From contig JYFJ02003007.1 of NCBI GenBank assembly GCA_000934665.2, positions 1 to 47,487 on the forward strand: DNA of 47,487 bases. Reading direction: 5' to 3'. The notes below the pieces were generated by a model that made no database searches, had not been told where the DNA came from, and saw only the letters and a list, made by a program, of their open reading frames with translations. Below are positions 38,524 through 47,487 of the stretch, one piece after another. A program made the position numbers and the translations under genes. Numbering within the stretch: the stretch's first letter is position 1; every line of letters begins with the position of its first letter. The stretch is from Catajapyx aquilonaris (Eukaryota).

Positions 38524-40154
38524 ATCAATATCATAGTACAGTAATTTGAAAGATTTTCCAGTATTTAATTTTGCCTTGTTGTCAGATATGTTTTCGGCAA
38601 CTAACTTTCACAAATTAAATAATTATAATAGGAATAGTATAATTATGTATCTGTTCCGTCAATCTCTTTTCATAAAACAAAAGAGACCACTACAAACCAC
38701 GCGACAGGTGTATTACCATGTTACCATGGAATATGTTAATACTTTCAGATCTAATCAAAACGTACAAACCCAAAGGAAATAAGAACAGTCTGTATTATTT
38801 TGTCCTGAAACTGAAAAATCTTCCGAATGACAATATACCCAGTATTATCTTGGGCTTTCGATTCAAATAGAGCCAATACTCAAGTCATTGTGTAAAGGTT
38901 TGCGAATTCTGCCACAAAATTGGCCCTGGAAGTTTGACAAATCTAAGGATATTATGAGTATCATTCTGAGACACGTTAGATTATGCGCCACAATTCCGCA
39001 CGTTTTTATATTTGCACTGGCCATGATTTACCGTAGATGTAGCTGGCTTCCTACTACTGCAACACACCGTACGCTTTTATGTCGAGAAAGAGAAAGCTCG
39101 AAGAAAAAAAGAGTGGCTGCGACGAACTAGTGTCAATAACATTGACCTCGTGTATACGCCCTTTTCTACGGATGCTCACATCCCCGGAGGAGATAAAGGC
39201 GAAGGAAGCCTTCTTCATGTTAGCCTTTTTTTTGCGACCGACCAATCCTCTGGGCCCAACATCAAAAGAAACCGCAGATAAAGCGACACAGCTACCGCCT
39301 TCCTATCTTTCTTTTTTTCTTAAAAAAAAGTGCAGATTCGCTAATCACAAAATATGACATGGCAATGTGGCAACGATGGATGTGAGTATATAGGCAAGCT
39401 GCATAAAATTTAGGCCAAGTTTTTTTTTTTTTTTTTTTAGACTGGTCCAAGAAAGTGGCAGAGAAGCAAAAAGGAAGCGGCACAGCTGTTGCAAAGCTGT
39501 CCTGCCTGCATTACACAATGAAGCGGAGCCAACTTTTGTAAATTTCGTATATCACCGATCGATATTGAATCCTATAGGTTTCGAAGGAATTGGAAAAGCA
39601 AAATTTTGAAGCGGAGTATAGGGATAGAACTGATGGTAAATGAGGGCTTTCAAACTGGGGATGAAAAAATATTTTTCTTTCTATCATCAGCCAGATACTG
39701 GAGCACCTGGGAAAGTGACAACAGCCTGCTTGACTGATATGAATGAATCTGAAGGTGGCAGGGGGCTTATGATGTGTCGGCTGCGAACTGAGTTCGGGAC
39801 AAGTTGCAATTCTGCTTCGACCTTCGCCAACTTTAGCGTGCCTGTGGAGACTATATACCTATAAACTTCAGAAACCTCTTCCTATGTATGCTGAACAAAT
39901 TGTGCAAAAACCTTCGGATTTGGCATATAAAATATTGGTTTTAAACTCTTCAGTACATATAAAGAACTACTGTGAAGCGAAAAACAACTTAATCTACGAC
40001 CCCTTGAATGGTTTCATATGCCCAGTTTAATTTTCTATAAAAAAGCAGGGCATCTGTGCCGTTTTTTTGTAACGTAGACGACAATCGGTTCCTACAAATT
40101 GCATTTCACATACTGAACAGAATATCTGATGTACAGTATATTGCAGTAGATTGG

Positions 40155-40425
40155 AAATGTTCCACTTCCCCGCTATAGAGAGAGGCCGTTCCTTGCACAT
40201 GGAACCACCAACCGCACCTTATTCATCCCATCTTTCGTGAACATCTTTACAATGAGAGCTTTAAAACTAGACCAAAAGAAGTGAAAATCACTGGTCACAA
40301 GGTTGGGACCATAGTGAAGGTTGTTCAAGACCTCCTTGCCACACGAAAGTCGCGGTGAGTTTCATCGACACTGCATGGCACAGATGAGATTGAGCATTGC
40401 CGTGCAGGAGACAAATGCCTTTGTA
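40155..40425 (-). pseudogene. Decayed mariner transposase fragment (C-terminal catalytic region)
   Basis: Manual translation across frameshifts gives KGICLLHGNAQSH ... FVW/EVLNNLHYGPNLVTSDFHFF ... WFHVQG. This matches the order and spacing of the mariner motifs LLHDNARPH and WEVL.HPPYSPDLAPSDFHLF. Confidence 0.8.
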
Positions 40426-41875
40426 TTACTCGTCGAGATTTTTTCGAAAGGAAATCTTGAAATACTATATAGCCTAATATGGAAATGATCTATACTGCAA
40501 ACATTATTTTTTCCCTCAGCATAGGTATTCCCTTCATCCTGCACTGTAGGGCTACATAGAAGACCGTCTGTTGACAGTGTCAGGAATGGGTCGTGACATT
40601 TTGGAACGTCCCCATACATGCCGAATTAACATTTTAATTAGATCGTTCCAATAATTGCACTCATCATTACATCGTATGTACATAATTACGTAACACATGT
40701 TCCATGCTACAACTGGTTGTGGTAATAACCACTGACACTTAATGAAATATAATTAAATGAAATCAGGGATAGAGACTGGATATAAAAAGCTAGGAAGTAA
40801 GAAAACCCCAACTTAAAAAATAAAGTATAATAAAACACACACCTTCACAGAACTTTTTACACTTACAAAACTGTATCAGAGTGCGTGAAAATTATCAATT
40901 TTCCGATGATGGAAAACATCATTCTGTACGAGTTAGAACATAGTTCCTGATTCATTTGTTGAATTGGCATTTTCAGCCCATCCTTAAAGCTGTGAATCTG
41001 AGTTTTCTGCAAAAAGAGAAGAGCCGTGAGCAAAACATGGTCTACGTCACATTTCCACGTCAAACTAGTCACGTTCACTGTGACATTCCCACAGGGTATA
41101 TCTCGACCCAGCAAAAAGGAATCTATATTATTCAGAGAGAATGGAGCGACTATGACTGCAAGCAGTTGATAATATTTTTCGAAGTACACCTGATAAAACA
41201 GGAAAGAAAGTTATCGCAGGAAAATATACAAACCCTATCAGAGTTTATGAGAATACGATTATTTAATTTTCATTAGTACAGTATACTTAAATGTAATGAA
41301 CGTTTCTGTAAGACAATCTGGAACTCCATTCATCCCCAGATATACGTATAAAAATAAAAATACAATATGAATTTATATACCGGTAATTATATATTTGCCC
41401 TGACCAGAAGGCATGAGTGGTTCTCTCGCCATTACGTGTCAGTGAAGTTGAACACAAAAAACCCGTGTCAAAATACTCTCTTCGCTTCTCTCCCACCCCG
41501 CAACAACAGTAAAAAAACGAAACGGAATGTTAATTGACTAACAGCGCCGGTTCTCAAATTGCATCTCGCCTGACGCCACAAATGCCAGGGCAAAATACTG
41601 GCAAAGGCTCACGTGAAAACAAATGGTTTCGAATGGGATTTTCGTTGGCACTGCGGCTTCTACTGCACGCCTGCTTGTCATTGTCACATCCCGTTTTCGC
41701 AATAACGCCCTACTTGTTGTCCCGGAGGAAAATATGCGCCTCTCGCCCCACGTCACTTTGCACGTCAACATAACTCTTGTCAAATTGGATTCATTTTCTG
41801 AAACTGTGGTGTCGATATTAGGAGATCAGGCTCAAAATGGAATATTGAATTATTCCCTTATATAGTCATACAATA

Positions 41876-42560
41876 CAGGGTGATTTTAAATAGCAGGGGC
41901 AAGGTTGTCGGGTGAGTAGGGCTTTATGAAGAGGTGTCATTTTGTCGGGTACATCACCTTGTTGCCTAGATAAAGAACTTCAAATCTTGGTATTCCATAT
42001 CCTGGTAGGTATGCTTCCCTTTCGCATTTTCATTTTAAATGTATTATGTTTTGACACGTTATTTTAAACTGGGATCGCCTTCGATATTTATTTATTTATT
42101 TATTGATACCCCATTAGGAGAATCGGCGCTCCATTAGGGGGGTGGAGTACCACCGATGGGGCCAAGGATAGGGAAGGAAGGAAGCGGCTGTGGCCTATTA
42201 TACGGAAACAACCCTGGAATTATCCTGGGGGGACCGTGGAAAACCACAGAAAACCACGCTCAGGATTGCCGGCCCCTGGATTCGAACCCAGGACCTCCCG
42301 ATTAGCAATCGGGCTCCTTAACCACCACACCAACTTGCTTCTGTGGATCGCCTTAGATATAGTATAGCGGGCAGTTAAATCCAATAAGGATGAGTACGCA
42401 AAAAATGTCTTATACCAAGACATTTTTTGTGTATGTATTCTGATTGACTGCCTCTAGTCAAGAAAGTATTGTGAAGAGAAACAAAAATCTGGAAAATGAC
42501 ACCTGTTTACACTTCAAATCTGGGTGCAAATGGCTCATTTATCAGTTATCACTGAGTCTA
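41876..42560. mobile_element. Probable old Tc1/mariner-type element interrupted by a SINE
   Basis: Left end TA-CAGGGTGATTTT. AGGTGTCATTTT (41932-41943) is inverted to AAAATGACACCT (42493-42504). The right terminus is decayed and its coordinate approximate. Confidence 0.35.
42088..42344 (-). mobile_element. tRNA-derived SINE, family A, short variant lacking the central module
   Basis: Same head and 5' body as copies 1 and 2, joined almost directly to the 3' tail. (TAAA)n tail. TSD GGATCGCCTT(C/A)GATAT at 42072-42087 and 42345-42360. Confidence 0.9.
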
Positions 42561-43915
42561 AATTGGATGGCCTGATTTCAGCAGTATTAACATTTCACTG
42601 ACGAAGGATTGGCTGTCTCAATATTTGTCTACATCTGCCATGTTGGATAAATCAGAGGCCAAAAATCTGTTGGCCAAAGTCATACGAATGCCAAAATCTG
42701 CAGTCGTTTTAAAATTATATCTCTGGAATAGATCAAAATGGCAAAAGTGGAATAAATACTTCTCTACTTATGGAATCTCCGATAATTGTTCACGGATATC
42801 AGGAATCTTGGCAGGGTTTCGCAATGTGTTTGATATAGAATTTGAGAATTTGCATGAAACTTACAACACCGCAAACAAGAAAAATAATCCAGAAAGTCCC
42901 ATATAGGATTAACAGAATCCGTCACTATAGCGGAAGTAGTGTACAGTAGTTTGTTGTCGCTATAGTAGTGAAGATAATATAAACTGCATTAGGCACTAAT
43001 ATATTGACAGAATCGCAAGCTGTGAAAGTAATATTGGATGGTGCAAAGCTGTGATTCATATAAAATAAAGCCAATAGAACAATAAGTATATTTGGAGGTA
43101 GATCGTGATAGCAGTAAGACAGTTTCCCTATGTAACCTACGCTGATTTGGTGGGGGGGGGGGGGAGTAACCCGAAAGAACAGGAATATTTCTACACGTGT
43201 AACAATGATGTTCTGATGTTTCGCCCCCATTCAGAACTATTAAACAACTTTCATGCTTGCAAGGAAGGCGAGTTATTTTTGAGGATATCTTTATAGCACC
43301 CTGCCCATTTCTCTGCAGATATTTTATAACCATGCCTTTATTTGACTTGTGCGCATCGATTTCATGTTTGGAAACAGCCTGCGATCCTGGTATAACATCA
43401 CCATTGCCTGAAACGGTGCAGGTCATATTCAAGAAGTCGCATCTGGAGTTATACGCCATTTTCTTCCTCTACTTTTTTTTATATTTTTTTACTCCCCACC
43501 AACTCCCTCCTTCCCCAACCCATTTCGCTATCGCCAGTTTCAATTCCAGTCCTGTAATCCCTTCCAGCCTCTTTGACCCTTTCCCAAACGCAATAAACGG
43601 TTATTACAGAAGGCTTGCACCTAAAACGCCATTGCACCGATTTGCCATATTCGCTAAATAAATCGCATAATTATACAAAGTTACCCTAAATTAATGGCTT
43701 CATTATGCAAAGTACTGTATGCGCGATGGATAAATCAAGCGCCGCACTTCAGGGAGTTATTTTCGTCTTCGTTGCGGACCTCGGAAGCTGAACTCCTTCC
43801 CCCTTCTTACCATTTTCTATTTCAGGCTGAGATTTGGCGATGAAACATCGAACCGACCTACATTATTATGTGCTCCCAAAATGAGGAAGGAAGGTGTCAC
43901 AAAATCGATCCACAA

Positions 43916-43916
<1 letters not shown>

Positions 43917-43984
<68 letters not shown>

Positions 43985-43992
43985 TATTATTA
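43917..43992. repeat. (TTA)n microsatellite, about 22 perfect units plus an imperfect end
   Basis: Read directly. Confidence 0.97.
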
Positions 43993-44416
43993 GACTTTGG
44001 AATCAGGGATGAATTCGGTTCAGATAATGACAGCTTTTTTTGTAAAATATGACTGGCAACTGGCAGGTCTGCTGGAAATGGCGATATATTTTCGGTGGCC
44101 GGTAAACATGCTTTGACTGCACGAAATAACAGAAAGACACGGGATGATATGAATTTACGATCGATGCCCACAAAATGCAAGCAAGGTCGTATATTCAGGG
44201 ATGTGTCATGGTTTTAGATACGTGCCTTTTTCGGGTGAAGATATGTGGGTTGAGGATGCAAAAAAAAACATACCCTGAATGTATCATTTCCTGCCAATAT
44301 ACTGTATGTTGTAAAATAATGCAGTATGCATTACAATATAATTATTTACTGTAGCTAAGAGTTCAATGAAGTACTAGTGGCTTCACACTATTGGCCTAAT
44401 GGATTTAAAACTTTTC

Positions 44417-45078
44417 AGAATGTCCCAATTTTAAAACCCTATAACTCGACAACTTGCAGACATATCTTCATGATTTAAGTCTTTAAATGCTAAAAAATGT
44501 CTCAGGTTTTGGTCTCACCTTAGTTTGGCTTCGATATGAGCTTCATTTGTTGCTCAGCAAATTAAAAATACATATTCGGTCTCAAGCCAAACCCGCTCAA
44601 GGATATCTGGAGTTACCGTTGTGTTCCTATCCCGTAGGTGCTGGAGATGATGGGTCTTTACACCACACACATTGTTCTTAATGATGCACATAAAAAGTCG
44701 CCTCATGCATGGAATAATCCTGCCGTAGAAAGTTTCATTTGTTCAGCCTCCCAGTGTGCGAAGTCTTGAATGAAAAGTTTCTCAATGCCTAGCAGGCTAG
44801 CACCTTCAGAGGCCCAGATCTTACCCCAATGAACTTTTGTATGGTGAAAAGATCCGGCATCTCCAGCACCTATGGGATAGAATCACAATGGTGACTTCAG
44901 ACATGTCTGATTGGGTTAGGCACGAACAGATTACCGTATTGACATTTTTCGAGCGACAAATGGAGTTCTTATCGAAACAAACTTAGGGGAGACCAAAACT
45001 TTTAAATCATTAAGATATGTCTACAAGTTTTCGGGTTATAGGATTTTTAAATTGAGACATTCTTCTTCGATGACCCTG
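44417..45078. mobile_element. Old non-autonomous Tc1/mariner-type element with long (about 250 bp) diverged TIRs
   Basis: AGAATGTCCCAATTTTAAAACCCTATAAC...CTATCCCGTAGGTGCTGGAGATG is mirrored by CATCTCCAGCACCTATGGGATAG...GTTATAGGATTTTTAAATTGAGACATTCT. Right end GATGACCCTG-TA. The outermost left terminus is missing. Confidence 0.8.
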
Positions 45079-47355
45079 TATTACTAGTTCATCCTCCCAT
45101 CCACCAGAGGCACTGCCTCCCCCCCCTCATTGCGCAGGAGCATAACAGGGGCCAATCGGAAGCGTTTGTCATACAACGAAGGACTTTAATATTATAGATA
45201 TTGACCAGTCATAAGTTAATGAGTATTGCATACTGTAGTAGTCGTTAAAGCATATGAATCGGCGAGTTTCCAAGTTGGTATATTGGCCTTTTAATATCAC
45301 ACTGCCCATCGATGTGATGTTGACTTTCAATAATGCTTGGAATTTTTATTTAAAATGCAACATATTTAACATTTTATGGCTATTTCAGTGGCCTTATAAG
45401 CTTTACACTGCTCAGTAACTTCAAGTAAACTGAAGTTTTGCTCGTGTAGACACGACACGAGCAACTGAAACGTGCCCGTCGATACTTCCAACTCACTCCG
45501 TGGCCCCGGGTTATAATCCATCTCAAGATTCCTACCATGCCAGTCATTTTCGTGCCTTGCCGTTTTCCCATCTAAATAGTGCATTTAATCTCATGGATAG
45601 TTATGAGGGAGGTCGGAGCACAGTAGTCCACCTCTTATCATTACATTTTTAGACCACATCCCAGTAAATGTACATGTCTGGAAAGTTTCCCTAAGCAGGA
45701 ATTTATTTAATAACATACCTCATTTTTGACGAATATTAATCGCTTCACTATAAATAAAAAGATGTGTGCCATTTGGTGGTGACGATTCAGGAGTTCTGGT
45801 CTGTTCACCACCATCCCCATTCATTCTACTCCACACTCCACCACCGCACTGACTTAAACTATCTTTGAGACGTATACCTACACAATTAATACCGATCATC
45901 GATTGGTAAACTTTTGGCATACGTAGAAGAAACTTAGGCTGGTTCAGGTCATTGGTCTCGAGTGAGCAAATTGCTGCTAGCTGGCGCCGAGAGACAATGA
46001 ATGTGAAAGTGTGAAAGCAGGTTGAATGCTCTGTGGATTTCAAGTTGGGAGGGAGGGTAGGGGGGACTAGGAGTGGAAGCGCAGATGCTCTTGCTCCGGA
46101 GAGAGGCAAATGGAATCTGTTTCCCAGGCCAGTGTAGTAGCAGCTGCGAATTGGCGTCCATCTTCCTCTGGCCCCAGGGGATGCCACATTAAGGCAATCG
46201 TGCTGGACTCCAGAATACACACGCACACATACACACACCATGCCTTGCCCTAGATATAACACAGCCCTTTCCATTAATTAGTACTGCCTACTAGGTAGAC
46301 AAAGGCTGGCCACGGCTTGAACACAAAATGAATGATGAGCGACATTTTGTACAATCAGGTGTGGCCTGGAGTAGGAATAATAAACAGACTTCTCCTGCAG
46401 ATCTGGATCAAGTGGTATTTAAGCACCAGAAATAGGTTGGAAACTATATTTTTCAATTGAAGATGACTGCAGATCAGTAGATGAAGCGATTAAAATTTCG
46501 CCAGGCCGACGATGCATCTATTTAAAAATTGGAGCGCGGTACTCCCTCCCTCCCTCCCTCTCTCTCTCTGTACATTACGTCGTTTTGAGTGTTGCCATCG
46601 TCAATAATGCTATGACCACAAAGTTGAACTTGCTGACGGTGTTCACAAGTTGTCTTTTCCATCAACCCCACGGGGGAGGGAGGTACTCTCTAACCGCAGC
46701 TACGACAAAAAATGTAGCATATGTTGATGGCTTCATTTTTTTTTTACCTCGCCGTCCTCTCGGTTGAATCAACCAATCACACAGTTGAATTCAAATCGCT
46801 GGTCTGGCTAGGGCCCGCCATCTGCCAGGTTGGTACTGGGATTCGAACATTCCCGGCGCGTTCTTCTGTGATTGATTTATTCAAAAATCATCCGATGATT
46901 TCCTTTCCTCCTATTTTTTTATCATCAGAAAATGCATGGCCATGGATTCTTATTATTCTTACTGGTTGACCAGGATGTAATTTACGGTCAAAAGAATGCG
47001 CTACGTCACTTTATTTGTGGTCTGGTGGGCGACTTGAAGGGGAAGGAACCAGGAATGATCGAGAAGTAAATTATACAAGTAGTATGACTGTATCATTGCT
47101 GAATATGAGGCGGTATAATGACGGGGCGAATGAATGCTCCCATTATGTTCTGTCAGCCTCAGCGCCATCTTCACTTCATCCTGACCTGTTATGCAACCGC
47201 ACCCTTGTATCACGGACAGCCTCACCTGCAGGCGCAAAAAGGACCCAGACCACTTGGGAAAGGCTGGTGCCACCTATACTGTCACACAGGACACGGCGCG
47301 GCGCGGCGTTGGATTACGGCCAGGGCCAACATGTAGGGTTGCCTTGTATTAATAA

Positions 47356-47360
<5 letters not shown>

Positions 47361-47392
<32 letters not shown>
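47361..47392. repeat. (TA)16 microsatellite
   Basis: Read directly. Confidence 0.95.
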
Positions 47393-47395
<3 letters not shown>

Positions 47396-47487
47396 CCCTG
47401 TCAGAAATTATTGCATCACCTGTATATTTTGTACATTTTTCATTGTAACTTTTGAATTTACTACTCAAATTTTCTGAAAAAAATTAT
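47393..47487. mobile_element. Possible left end of a Tc1-like element inserted in the (TA)n run
   Basis: TA-CACCCCTGTCAGAAATTATTGCATCACC resembles Tc1-family termini. The partner end lies outside the window. Confidence 0.4.

Noticed and set aside
330..47455. ORF-track ORFs as genes, including the longest (45720-46274, 37063-37563, 42989-43459, 15030-15494)
   Set aside because: All are 184 aa or shorter, many use non-ATG starts, they overlap on both strands and show no recognisable domains. This is the pattern expected by chance in non-coding DNA.
1..47487. CRISPR array, rRNA, or prokaryotic operon, promoter or terminator
   Set aside because: No regularly spaced direct repeats and no rRNA motifs. 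The sequence is eukaryotic, and the hairpins are transposon-like rather than terminators.

Overview
Eukaryotic, most likely invertebrate-animal, genomic DNA (roughly 40% GC by eye) with no credible intact protein-coding gene. It reads as a large intron or gene desert dominated by repeats. I find (i) tRNA-derived SINEs, four of them with clear target-site duplications and a shared 3' stem-loop tail, plus older relics; (ii) many short non-autonomous DNA transposons and fold-backs (hAT, Tc1/mariner/pogo-like, an 8-bp-TSD GG..CC fold-back, a Kolobok-like and a possible Crypton-like element); (iii) a decayed mariner transposase fragment; (iv) microsatellites. The two most unusual signals are a perfect 2x169-bp palindrome whose junctions suggest a templated inverted insertion, and a strong window-wide excess of TA-nnn-TA / TA-nnnn-TA words (TACAGTA/TACTGTA, TAGGCCTA, TACCGGTA) that match Tc1/mariner excision footprints. 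I could not support a novel protein-coding system. All calls and counts were made by eye, without database searches.
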